DNA of 64,000 nucleotides from a virus (Duplodnaviria; Caudoviricetes): IMG/VR virus record IMGVR_UViG_3300019124_000001, positions 64,001 to 128,000 of that record; one strand, 5' to 3'. Shown piece by piece: positions 50,859 to 59,923 of this stretch (position 1 is its first letter; each line of letters starts with the position of its first letter). The notes under the pieces were generated by a model. It saw only the letters and a program-made list of their open reading frames with translations, ran no database searches and was not told where the DNA came from. The position numbers and the translations under genes were made by a program.

Positions 50859-51147
50859 TAAAAACGGGTGGGTTTCGGCTCACCCAAAACTTCCAAAAGG
50901 AGCAACTAGTGTGAATATTGGACTAGCAAATTCAATCATTGTGGATATGCATGAGAGAACACGTGAAAGTAAAGACACAATTGTCTCATCATTAGCGGCA
51001 ATATCAATAAATTGGGAAAAACTTTCAAATCAAGAAAAATACTATATTTCGAAAAAGCTAGGTGGTCACTGCCACCAAGCAAGATTATTGGTTTTGTTCG
51101 AAGCGATTTTTAATAATTTAAATTGGGAAAAAGGAGACAATTAAACG

Positions 51148-51642
51148 ATGGCAACTTTGTACGAAATCACTGGCACTATGGCAGACCTGCAAGCCTTACT
51201 AGAAGATGAAACCGTAGATAACGAAATGATTCTTGATACCTTGGAATCAATGGAAGTTCTTCTGGAAGAAAAAATGGAGGGTATCGCAAAATATTTAAAA
51301 AACCTTACTGCCGAAGCTGAGATGTTTAAAGCAGAAGCGGATCGACTAGCTCAACGTTCTAAGGCTATCCAAAATCGTGTTGAAAGTTTGAAGACATACG
51401 CTCAAAATTGCTTGGAATCTGCTGGCATTGATAAAGTGAAAGCTGGCATGTTCACTGTACGCCTACAAAAGAATCCTCCGTCTATTAGAAAGACAGATGA
51501 ACTCGCTGTTGTTCCTGCAAAATATCTTATTCCACAAGAACCGAAAGTAGATAACAAGCAAATGCTTGCAGACCTTAAAGCTGGCGTTGAAATCGAAGGT
51601 TTTGCACTCGAAACTGATAAGAAACACTTGCGCCTTGCGTAA
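51148..51642 (+). CDS. Siphovirus Gp157-family protein
   Basis: MATLYEIT, DTLES, KAEADRL, QKNPPS, IPAKYL-like motif. Confidence 0.8.
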   Translation: MATLYEITGTMADLQALLEDETVDNEMILDTLESMEVLLEEKMEGIAKYLKNLTAEAEMFKAEADRLAQRSKAIQNRVESLKTYAQNCLESAGIDKVKAGMFTVRLQKNPPSIRKTDELAVVPAKYLIPQEPKVDNKQMLADLKAGVEIEGFALETDKKHLRLA

Positions 51643-51670
51643 GTGTTTCAATTTTTGGAGGTAAACTAAT

Positions 51671-52684
51671 ATGCAAGTAAAAATGATCTATCATACACCT
51701 AACTACCACAAGCTCGTAGAGGCTCTTGCAAGAAACTGCTACCAATCTTACGAACGTTGCACTGAAACATCTCATAATATGCTTAAAGGAATTATGGCGA
51801 AAGGACATTTGAGTGTTGCTAGCGTAGGGAATATTGTTTTTAAGTTGCAAGCTGACAACTATGCTGAACTTGTAAGTTTGTATGGCGACCTTATTGCATT
51901 TAAAGAGATTACACCTTTTATTCGTTGGACATTTCCAAACAAACAGAACCAAGTAGATCGCATTGTGGTATCTATGAACGTATTGACGTTAATGGACATA
52001 AATAACAATTATGTTTCGTTTCATGACGACAACGATCATCCATCTGCCTTGTTGCCACAAATAATCGAACAGATTAAGGCTGTCCCGTATCTCCATTGGT
52101 TCCTAGATCATACAGTTGATGTGCCGTCAGCGCCAAATGAGTATCTTGTCACACCTGATTGGTCGAATCCAATCGTTTTGACTCAGGATTATACGGCACT
52201 TAAAGAGCTTGGATTTACGGACTATGAACTTGACACACATGCTACTGTTACCGTAGACCTTGTTACAGATCGTGCGACAGGCTTACAAATGTGGAGACAT
52301 GTAGCGTATCAAGGTGGAACGGAGCTATCGCAAAGATATGTTGACCGTTCAAATGCATCTTTCCGTGTACCTGTGGGTTTGGAACAATTGAATACGGAAA
52401 CCGAAGATTGGGTAGAATGGTTTAAAGACCTTATGAATTCACATTTGTCTAATTATAATATAGTCAAAGAGGAATTGGAAAATGCTGGAATTGGCAAAAT
52501 GAGAGCTAAAGAAATGGCTCGAAACCTGCTCCCGAATATCCAGACCCGAATCATTCAATGTCGCCCATTAAAATATTGGAAACATTATATCAATCTGCGG
52601 AATACTCCACACGCACAAGCAGAGATTCGGGAGGATACAAAAGCTCTTATCTCATCTTTCCAAAATGCAGGTATTGAAATTTAA
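51671..52684 (+). CDS. thyX: FAD-dependent thymidylate synthase
   Basis: GHLSV, RH...ELSQRYV, ARNLLP, LR...HAQAEIR. Confidence 0.85.
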   Translation: MQVKMIYHTPNYHKLVEALARNCYQSYERCTETSHNMLKGIMAKGHLSVASVGNIVFKLQADNYAELVSLYGDLIAFKEITPFIRWTFPNKQNQVDRIVVSMNVLTLMDINNNYVSFHDDNDHPSALLPQIIEQIKAVPYLHWFLDHTVDVPSAPNEYLVTPDWSNPIVLTQDYTALKELGFTDYELDTHATVTVDLVTDRATGLQMWRHVAYQGGTELSQRYVDRSNASFRVPVGLEQLNTETEDWVEWFKDLMNSHLSNYNIVKEELENAGIGKMRAKEMARNLLPNIQTRIIQCRPLKYWKHYINLRNTPHAQAEIREDTKALISSFQNAGIEI

Positions 52685-52689
52685 AATAC

Positions 52690-52723
52690 AAAAAGCGGCT
52701 ATCAAAAATGATAGCCGCTTTTT
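52690..52723. terminator. Bidirectional terminator between thyX and the convergent RNA gene
   Basis: AAAAAGCGGCTATCA-AAAA-TGATAGCCGCTTTTT. Confidence 0.85.
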
Positions 52724-52730
52724 GTATAAT

Positions 52731-53003
52731 TGGTGTGGGTGAGGGGATTCGAACCCCCAAGGATGTTTTTGCTGATCCGCAAATAGGGGCATAACCTCTT
52801 CGAAGCAACGAAACCTGATAATTCTCTGCATGGAGAGCGTATCGTGCACTCAATAGCATCGTGCCCGTTGGTACGATGCTTACCATCGGAGAATAAAAAT
52901 CAAAGAAGTTATGTACTTTTACCGCAATTGCAGAATCGCTAGTCACAGAGCCTACGAATCGCACCCCTGCGTTTCGCCGTATGCCGTTTTCTGGTACACC
53001 CAC
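52731..53003 (-). ncRNA. 273-nt tRNA-shaped RNA (tmRNA-like or tRNA with large insertions)
   Basis: Acceptor stem GUGGGUG/CACCCAC, A73 plus encoded CCA, T-arm GGGGG-UUCGAAU-CCCCU, D-loop-like GG; TATAAT shortly upstream; terminator downstream. Confidence 0.75.
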
Positions 53004-53194
53004 ATTGTCTTGTATATTATAGCTTATTCGATTATGATACTAATATTCTTAATATTATTCGACAATAAACGACAATCATAATTCCTCGGTCATAATCTAG
53101 GAACTTGTTGACAAACAACAACTATGTATGATAGACTAACGGTAACAGGATAAATCCTGCAATTGATTTTGGTGTATAGGGAGAGTGCTAATCT

Positions 53195-53932
53195 ATGAAA
53201 CTCGGCTTGGGGCTGGCAAGACTTCTAAAACCTAATCCGATTGAAGAATTGATCAAAAAGGTCAATCGGGGAGATGTGGTCGTAGACGTTAATACTGGAA
53301 ACCTAGTGGAAACGAAGCATCTAGAGAGCAAAGAGGATGTGGTTGATCCTGTTATTGACAATGAGCTTTCACAATCCACCGAACCTAATGAACCCACTGA
53401 AATAGAACAAAATCACGAAACCCTTGGCATTGTTTTGTCGCAAGACGTAGCAATGATGGCTGAAGAATTGAATGCGGACGATGGTGCTAATCCTTACTCA
53501 ACCGCACAAATGGATATGTCTGCGTATCGTCCCAATCGTGTTGCAGAACTTGTGCAATCCATCTGCGATACCATGAATGAACTATCTGTTGTTAAAACCC
53601 AAATTAACAAAAAAATGAGCAATGTCGATAAAGAACTGAGTAACATTTATCATAATGCAGAAGTGCATCTTATGACCGATGAACAAGCTATTTCTGCATG
53701 GAGATATTTGCAGGATGTAGTTCGTACTCGCCGCCAAGTGAAGCACGAAAATGAGCTAATTAGTCATCTAGAAAGCAAATTTAAGTTCGAAACGTTTCTT
53801 CCACAACTTACTAATGCTAATAGCGGCGTTCAGAAGCGATACCGAGATCAGCAGAATTTTTGGGATAAAATAGAAGATGAAACTCCTACTATCAATGGTA
53901 CCAAAAAATCGTGGAAGAAGATGTACAAATAG
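53195..53932 (+). CDS. Hypothetical protein, partly coiled-coil
   Basis: Behind the promoter at 53108; RBS GGGAG. Confidence 0.6.
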   Translation: MKLGLGLARLLKPNPIEELIKKVNRGDVVVDVNTGNLVETKHLESKEDVVDPVIDNELSQSTEPNEPTEIEQNHETLGIVLSQDVAMMAEELNADDGANPYSTAQMDMSAYRPNRVAELVQSICDTMNELSVVKTQINKKMSNVDKELSNIYHNAEVHLMTDEQAISAWRYLQDVVRTRRQVKHENELISHLESKFKFETFLPQLTNANSGVQKRYRDQQNFWDKIEDETPTINGTKKSWKKMYK

Positions 53933-54084
53933 TTGACAAACAACAACTATGTATGGTAAACTGAATTTACAGAGGTGGAGTTGTGATCAAGTACGAAATT
54001 ATCGAACGACTGCCTAATGATGAAATTCGAGTTAGAGCTACGGAAGGTTTGACAACGTGGATTTTTAAGAGGCTGGTGAAATAA

Positions 54085-54252
54085 TTGGCTGAGTCAAAAG
54101 CTAAACGTTTGCGTAAAAAAATGAGTCGCGAAGGAAAACTAGACCCGTCAATTAAGCGACATGGCTGGAACGGCGTAAATCCCGTACAGCGTGTAAAACA
54201 TCATTCAAAGCGGCGTCTGATTGAAGAAGCTCAAAAGAGAGATGAGTACTAA
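54085..54252 (+). CDS. BrfA(YqkK)-like basic small protein, 55 aa (not in ORF track)
   Basis: RBS GGTGA, TTG start; MAESKAKRLRKKMSREGKLDPSIKRHGWNGVNPVQRVKHHSKRRLIEEAQKRDEY. Confidence 0.5.
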   Translation: MAESKAKRLRKKMSREGKLDPSIKRHGWNGVNPVQRVKHHSKRRLIEEAQKRDEY

Positions 54253-54329
54253 GGTAACCGATGTGAATTTTTCAACATAGAACTAACCGTTGTCGGAGTC
54301 TCCCAATATATTAGCAGAGGTGAACAATT

Positions 54330-54623
54330 GTGGAAGAAAAACTCGTTGACATTAACCTGCATCAAGATACCACTGGATTCACTCTTTCTTTATGGTTTGA
54401 TGATGAATTTATGCCCAAGATAGATATAGCGGAAATTCTTGGCGTAAACATGCCTTTTGGTGATGAATATGTACATTTCATTGGCGAAGTGATCCGCAGA
54501 AATATGGTTGCTTGCGTTGATGGTGGCAAACCAAAAGTAATGGATGTTAAGTACGTCAACAGTCAACGCGCATTCACGATCAATGTTGATGGGAAAAAAG
54601 TTGGCGGCTATATTTTGAACTAA
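54330..54623 (+). CDS. Hypothetical protein
   Basis: RBS GAGGTGA. Confidence 0.6.
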   Translation: MEEKLVDINLHQDTTGFTLSLWFDDEFMPKIDIAEILGVNMPFGDEYVHFIGEVIRRNMVACVDGGKPKVMDVKYVNSQRAFTINVDGKKVGGYILN

Positions 54624-54716
54624 TAAACAACAACTATGTATGGAGGTTTTGATCTTGGAGTTGAATTATGAAAAAGAAGCGGAAGCGCAATCCGAAATAG
54701 AGGAGTTTGAATACTA

Positions 54717-55049
54717 ATGGCACGTTACCGAAAACTGTTGGGCAAGATTCTTAGAGCAGAGTTCGGCATGAATCAAAATGGAGAGATGGGCTATTGTCTC
54801 TTTCTCCATTTTGGTAATCGTGGTTCGTTGGTATATGGGCTGTATGACGATAGCAGTACAATTGGATCAGAGATTCCGCAAATCTGGTACAATATGCAAA
54901 GATTTCTGACGGACGCAAAGGTTCAATACGTATCTCAACTGACTGGCATCCCCGTTGAAGTAGAACAATACGAAGATGGAACTGTCAGAAATATCAGAAT
55001 CTTGACAGAAGTCATGGAGGAGAAACCAAGATGGCTAAACTCACGCTAA
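54717..55049 (+). CDS. Hypothetical phage protein
   Basis: LTDAKV..VSQL.GIPVEV. Confidence 0.6.
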   Translation: MARYRKLLGKILRAEFGMNQNGEMGYCLFLHFGNRGSLVYGLYDDSSTIGSEIPQIWYNMQRFLTDAKVQYVSQLTGIPVEVEQYEDGTVRNIRILTEVMEEKPRWLNSR

Positions 55050-55426
55050 TTTGTGGCAAGGCGAGAAAAGCAGATTTCATGCAACAACTATATCGTGGCG
55101 ATAAAACAAAAGACAAATTACTTCTTGACCTTGTAGGTTATCACGCATTTGAAGTAGATCGCTATTTCGGTGGGAGATTTGAAACTCTTGAAGACGTTAA
55201 GGCAATTTTGGAAGAATTGTCTAAATATTCTTCAGTACATGGCAATAAGATCGAGACATTATACATCTATGGAAACTTCCCTGCTGACTGGAAGCAAGAG
55301 TTGAGAGAAATTTTAAGCAAAACATATCATATTCGAAACTTCGTTGTTACTATTCAAGAAGACGTGACAAATGTCAACATGGATAGCGATTATGAGTTTC
55401 GGGTAGAAAATTACTATCATATCTAG
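55031..55426 (+). CDS. Hypothetical protein
   Basis: RBS GGAGGAG. Confidence 0.55.
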   Translation: MAKLTLICGKARKADFMQQLYRGDKTKDKLLLDLVGYHAFEVDRYFGGRFETLEDVKAILEELSKYSSVHGNKIETLYIYGNFPADWKQELREILSKTYHIRNFVVTIQEDVTNVNMDSDYEFRVENYYHI

Positions 55427-55434
55427 GAGAAACC

Positions 55435-55746
55435 ATGATGGCTAAAAAACAATTAGAGATTCCTTTCGATAGGAACGGAAATCCGCTTTCTTATGATGAT
55501 CGACTTAAAGTGCATGACTACCGTGCGAACTACGAATTTGTAACTACTATGCGAGTCGTTGATATGAGTCGTGGTCGAAGTGCGGCAAACTTCACGCTTA
55601 AAGACGAAAAAGGAATTGAATACAATATGTTTATGAAAGACATGTTATATCTGATTCAAAATTGCATTATTGACAAGGGTGTAGTCTCTGGTAAGTGGAC
55701 TTTTGTCAAGCGTGGCAATAATTATGGAATTATGCTTATTGAATAG
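55435..55746 (+). CDS. Hypothetical phage protein
   Basis: RGRSAA, WTFVKRGNNYGI. Confidence 0.6.
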   Translation: MMAKKQLEIPFDRNGNPLSYDDRLKVHDYRANYEFVTTMRVVDMSRGRSAANFTLKDEKGIEYNMFMKDMLYLIQNCIIDKGVVSGKWTFVKRGNNYGIMLIE

Positions 55747-55757
55747 GGGCGGAAAAA

Positions 55758-56711
55758 ATGAAAGAAATTAAAATAGTCAGCCTATTCTCTGGTGTAGGAG
55801 GGTTGGACTACGGTTTTCATAAATATCCACAAGCAAAATTTGTTTTCGCAAATGATATAAACGAGTTTGCATGTTACACATATCACTCGTACTTCGGTTT
55901 CAAGCCTATGTGTGCTGATATTGAACACGTGGACATCAACATGATTCCAGAGTGCGATCTTGTGATTGCAGGAAGTCCAAACAATGGATTTAGCGTCGAA
56001 AATCAGATTAACAACTCTGTCAATCATCCATCCAATAAGTTGGTTGCCAAATTTGTTGAGATAGTCAAAATCAAAAATCCAAATGTGTTCATATTTGAAA
56101 ATGTACCAGAGATTATGACAGTTGGTGGCGGCAAATACGCTCGATTCATCACAGAATCACTGTCCGATTATCATATTGAAATATATGAGGTCAACGCTTT
56201 GAATTATAGTGTTCCACAAAAACGAACAAGCGTCTTATTTGTTGGAAGCAAGATTGGACGGATTGAACGTCCAGTTCAAGATACTGTGACGTATACTGTC
56301 AGAGATGCCTTCGAAGGAATTCATAGCGGCATTCCAAATCAATCTGACGTAAATCCACATCGGAAGATTACTCTTGAACGAATGTCTTATGTACCAGCAG
56401 GGGGAAACATTAACGACATTCCAGAGGAGTTGCGACCGAAAGGCAATCACAGCGACCGCTATCGTCGATTAGAGTATGATAAGCCAAGCATAACAATTGC
56501 CAATCCACGAAAAGCTGTTATATTGCATCCCTTGCATGACAGAATCTTAACTGTTAGAGAATGTGCGAGAATCCAATCTTTCCCTGACGATTTCTTGTTC
56601 TACGGTAGCTTGGATGAAAGACAGCAATTTGTCGCGAATGCATTTCCTCCGCGTCTCAGTGTTAAAATTGCTGATGTAGTGATGAAAGCATTTAATGAGA
56701 AATTAGATTAA
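55758..56711 (+). CDS. DNA C5-cytosine methyltransferase homolog lacking the catalytic Cys
   Basis: SLFSGVGG, ENV, VPQKR, TVRECARIQSFPD present; motif IV reads GSPNNGFS. Confidence 0.85.
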   Translation: MKEIKIVSLFSGVGGLDYGFHKYPQAKFVFANDINEFACYTYHSYFGFKPMCADIEHVDINMIPECDLVIAGSPNNGFSVENQINNSVNHPSNKLVAKFVEIVKIKNPNVFIFENVPEIMTVGGGKYARFITESLSDYHIEIYEVNALNYSVPQKRTSVLFVGSKIGRIERPVQDTVTYTVRDAFEGIHSGIPNQSDVNPHRKITLERMSYVPAGGNINDIPEELRPKGNHSDRYRRLEYDKPSITIANPRKAVILHPLHDRILTVRECARIQSFPDDFLFYGSLDERQQFVANAFPPRLSVKIADVVMKAFNEKLD

Positions 56712-56740
56712 ACAAAAATTTTATCTAAGGAGAGATCAAC

Positions 56741-57079
56741 TTGAAGGCTCACGAGGCTATTTTTCAAGTCAAATGCGTCAATCAAGGCAATAATTCCTCT
56801 ATCTATGTCAACGGAATTTATGATGTTTTCAAAGAAGTCGGTGGATACTACTTAATTATCAATGCACGTGGCAATATGTGCGAGTATCCAAAAGAGTTGT
56901 TCGAACGAATAAAAATTACGCCTAACGTTGACACGATTGGTCTACTGATCGAGCAAGCATTTCAGCAAAGCCGAAACGAACTTATTCGCATTCTGGAAAG
57001 CGAAACACTAGATGGTATCCAAAAAGCAACTGATGACTTTGTTTATCTCCACAAACTTCGCCAATCTGCGAAGAGATAG
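56741..57079 (+). CDS. Hypothetical protein between two palindromic sites
   Basis: RBS AAGGAG, TTG start. Confidence 0.55.
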   Translation: MKAHEAIFQVKCVNQGNNSSIYVNGIYDVFKEVGGYYLIINARGNMCEYPKELFERIKITPNVDTIGLLIEQAFQQSRNELIRILESETLDGIQKATDDFVYLHKLRQSAKR

Positions 57080-57140
57080 TTAGATGAAATCTCACTTTTA
57101 TCAAATAGTAAAACTATAGAATACATCACAGGGGAGAATA

Positions 57141-58568
57141 ATGTTGGCAACCAAAAGTGAACTCGCGCATTTTTGCGTCACATTCATCGACAAAAATAAT
57201 ATTGCGCATGTTATATGTTCTTGTGGAGCAGAGCAACCATGCGCCAATATCAAGACTTACCATATCTTTGATAAAAAGTCTAAATCATTCGTTCATCTGC
57301 AACTAATTGAAAAATCTCGCTACCATTTTAAGATGTTGCGCGTTCGTGTAATGGTCAACGTAAATCGTATTAAGAACACGATTTCATGGAAAACTGAGCG
57401 AGAATTTGTTTTGAATTACAACTTCTCTGATCGAAGTATGACTTTGTTTCTAGATAACGAAGAGATCGAATGTGACATTGACAACTTGAACAAGTTCTTC
57501 GTTGGTGTTGTCGAAAACGATTTCTACAGAGTGCTTGACGATCAGCGAATGGAAGAATTGATTCGATTCGCTTTTAACCATTTGGTTTCCAATGAATATG
57601 CTTATCGCAGAGATCGTTGGGGATACCAGCGGCGAGTTTTGGTACAGCGAGTTCCTACTGTAGCAAAAGCGTTGATAAAATTCATGAGCCAGCACAGAAC
57701 GAAGGCAATCGAAATCTTACATGCTTGTGGATTTAATGCCAGAACTGTTGATCTTGTAAGTGGTGAACTTGACTTAAACGCAAGCAAGCCGCACGAAATC
57801 TTCAATACTCCGAAATATCTCGTTTCTCTTTTTAAAGATTTGGGTAGTCATCTGACTAAAAAGACCATCAATTCATTGCGTCAATTAGATAGTATTTTTG
57901 ATGGCAACACCGTCAAACAATTGGTGCAAATTGCAAGCGAAGAAGCCAACGGGATTCCGACTCTGGTAGGCTTAACGCCTAATTTGCTAGAATTGCGCGA
58001 TTTGGGATACAGGGATGTTCGTCGCCTGTTCTTGTATCTAGTGCGCGAAGTAAAGTTGTCTCAGGGGATTAGTGACCCAATACATGCGGCAAATCTTTTG
58101 CATGATTACGTTCGCATGATGCGTGATATGGAGCTAAATTATAGCAAATACAGTAAGAGCTTAAAATTACATCATGACGTAGCTATGATGAACCACAATG
58201 TATTATTGGACGCTCAGACGATGCAAGCATTTTTGGATTCCGTAGAGAGTTACAAGCACCTTGAGTTCCATAAAAAGTCAGAAGACCTGTGCATTCTTGT
58301 TCCTAAGAGCGCGAAAGACATCATTGACGAAGGAAGTTCATTGAACCACTGTGTTGCATCGTATGTAAATGATGTCGTCAAAAACAAGTGTCAAATCCTC
58401 TTTTTGCGACATAAGAAGTTTCCGAAACAGTCTCTTGTGACAATCGAGGTTCGTGATCACAGTATTCGTCAAGTGCGTGGACAGCAAAACCGCAGAGCAA
58501 CAAATTCCGAGATGAGTTTTGTTCGAATGTGGGCAGACGAACGAAATCTTGTTTTAGCTTGTCATTAA
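57141..58568 (+). CDS. PcfJ-like protein
   Basis: DYVRM, HD, EGSSLNHCVASY, ILFLR, TIEV...QVRG..N. Confidence 0.8.
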   Translation: MLATKSELAHFCVTFIDKNNIAHVICSCGAEQPCANIKTYHIFDKKSKSFVHLQLIEKSRYHFKMLRVRVMVNVNRIKNTISWKTEREFVLNYNFSDRSMTLFLDNEEIECDIDNLNKFFVGVVENDFYRVLDDQRMEELIRFAFNHLVSNEYAYRRDRWGYQRRVLVQRVPTVAKALIKFMSQHRTKAIEILHACGFNARTVDLVSGELDLNASKPHEIFNTPKYLVSLFKDLGSHLTKKTINSLRQLDSIFDGNTVKQLVQIASEEANGIPTLVGLTPNLLELRDLGYRDVRRLFLYLVREVKLSQGISDPIHAANLLHDYVRMMRDMELNYSKYSKSLKLHHDVAMMNHNVLLDAQTMQAFLDSVESYKHLEFHKKSEDLCILVPKSAKDIIDEGSSLNHCVASYVNDVVKNKCQILFLRHKKFPKQSLVTIEVRDHSIRQVRGQQNRRATNSEMSFVRMWADERNLVLACH

Positions 58569-58592
58569 AATAAACAAAGGGGATAACCAACA

Positions 58593-58853
58593 ATGAAAAT
58601 CGAAATTCCTGACAACTCTTTCATTACTGAAATTGAATTCGGTGATATTGTCGAAATTTTGAATGGCGGTGTTTATATTGTCATGAAAGAACATGATGGA
58701 ATGGCTTCCTTGCGTTCTTTCGACGGTGTACATTATTACTGCGAACCGCTTCCATTAGAACGACTCTTCTCCAAGTTGTCTCATCGTACTCGTGGTATTA
58801 ACATCCTGAAAGCGAACCAGTTCAAGCTCAAACTCGTTCCGATCAACGAATAG
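58593..58853 (+). CDS. Hypothetical protein
   Basis: RBS GGGG. Confidence 0.55.
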   Translation: MKIEIPDNSFITEIEFGDIVEILNGGVYIVMKEHDGMASLRSFDGVHYYCEPLPLERLFSKLSHRTRGINILKANQFKLKLVPINE

Positions 58854-58867
58854 AAAGTTGGTGCGCA

Positions 58868-59233
58868 ATGCACATCACAGTTGAACCAAATCTGAACAAA
58901 GGCGAAACGCGGTTGTCCATGTATCGTGTTACGGTATTGGACGACCAATCTAATATGACAACTTGCTTCGTGCCTATCTGTTACCTAAAAGAACAATATG
59001 CTAGTTATAAAAGTGGATACGCAGGAGCGACGATATTTGAAGCACCTCTGGAATGGGAAAACCCCGATGCAGTTCGAACGTGGTTGCTAGACGACCCTGT
59101 TGGCAAAGCATATCTCGAAGAAATTCTGCCAATTTTTGCTTGGAATGGCGAACCCGAAGAATTCGAAGATAGACTCAGACGTATCGAAAAATCTCTCGAA
59201 GAAGTCGAAAAATGGGAGGACTTAGAGTGGTAA
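58868..59233 (+). CDS. Hypothetical protein
   Basis: ORF within a coupled run. Confidence 0.55.
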   Translation: MHITVEPNLNKGETRLSMYRVTVLDDQSNMTTCFVPICYLKEQYASYKSGYAGATIFEAPLEWENPDAVRTWLLDDPVGKAYLEEILPIFAWNGEPEEFEDRLRRIEKSLEEVEKWEDLEW

Positions 59234-59667
59234 AAGCATTGAAACAATTTCGTATTGTGAATGCAGACGGAAAGGTACATGCCAAGGGTGTTGTACTTCC
59301 GTCTGGACGAACTTTGCACGAGACGCTTGGCGCTATGCCGCAACAGATTCGCACACAAAACCTCGAAGCAGTTCGAATCATCGAATCAGAATACGGAAGA
59401 ACTGTTGAACTGATCGAGGACGAACAGGCTATCCGAGAATATTACTTCGAACGCATTAAGGATATTTCTGGTCAATCTGGAATCGGTGTCGTTGTACGAG
59501 GCGGTGTATTTCCGTCTGGCGTAGCAATGCACGAGTGGATTCCGTCTGGTGCACAGTCTGTCAATATTTACGATAATGCCAAGCAAGCACAAGAAACGCA
59601 TGGACACAATGGAGCAACACTTATGAAATTTGTTGACAAAGATGGCTTGCCGCCAATCGAAGAATAG
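59212..59667 (+). CDS. Hypothetical phage protein
   Basis: DISGQSGIGVV, HGHNGAT motifs. Confidence 0.6.
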   Translation: MGGLRVVKALKQFRIVNADGKVHAKGVVLPSGRTLHETLGAMPQQIRTQNLEAVRIIESEYGRTVELIEDEQAIREYYFERIKDISGQSGIGVVVRGGVFPSGVAMHEWIPSGAQSVNIYDNAKQAQETHGHNGATLMKFVDKDGLPPIEE

Positions 59668-59923
59668 GAGATGCACAAAATGCGCAATAAAATGATTGCA
59701 ACCATAGTTGGCGCAGGGTTGATAGGTTCAATTGTATTTTTGTCGATGATTAAAGCAATGGGGGTAGCATTATTCTTTATTCTTGTTGCGATATTAGGCG
59801 TTCTAATCTCTTATTTGGTAGGTTTTTTAGCTTGCGTTATCCTTGTTTTGATCTTTGATGGAACGAGATTTGCACGTTGGATTACGGAAAATATTTTGGA
59901 TTAAAGGGAGGCTAGAAGCAAAT

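Larger units (their letters stand above)
5719..57101. repeat. Palindromic gene-junction sites, consensus TAGATAAAA-N6-TTTCATCTA
   Basis: Core sites at 5719-5736 (variant), 6492-6509, 6871-6888, 20751-20768, 39033-39050, 39273-39290, 39745-39762, 40077-40094, 56707-56724, 57084-57101 (inverted); spacer always 6 bp and different each time. Confidence 0.85.

Noticed and set aside
52770-52970. Group I intron in a tRNA
   Set aside because: A GACUA is present but no complementary UAGUC (P7) or other core motifs were found; not called
52647-53003. 118-aa minus-strand ORF
   Set aside because: Coincides with the tRNA-shaped RNA, has no RBS and crosses a terminator
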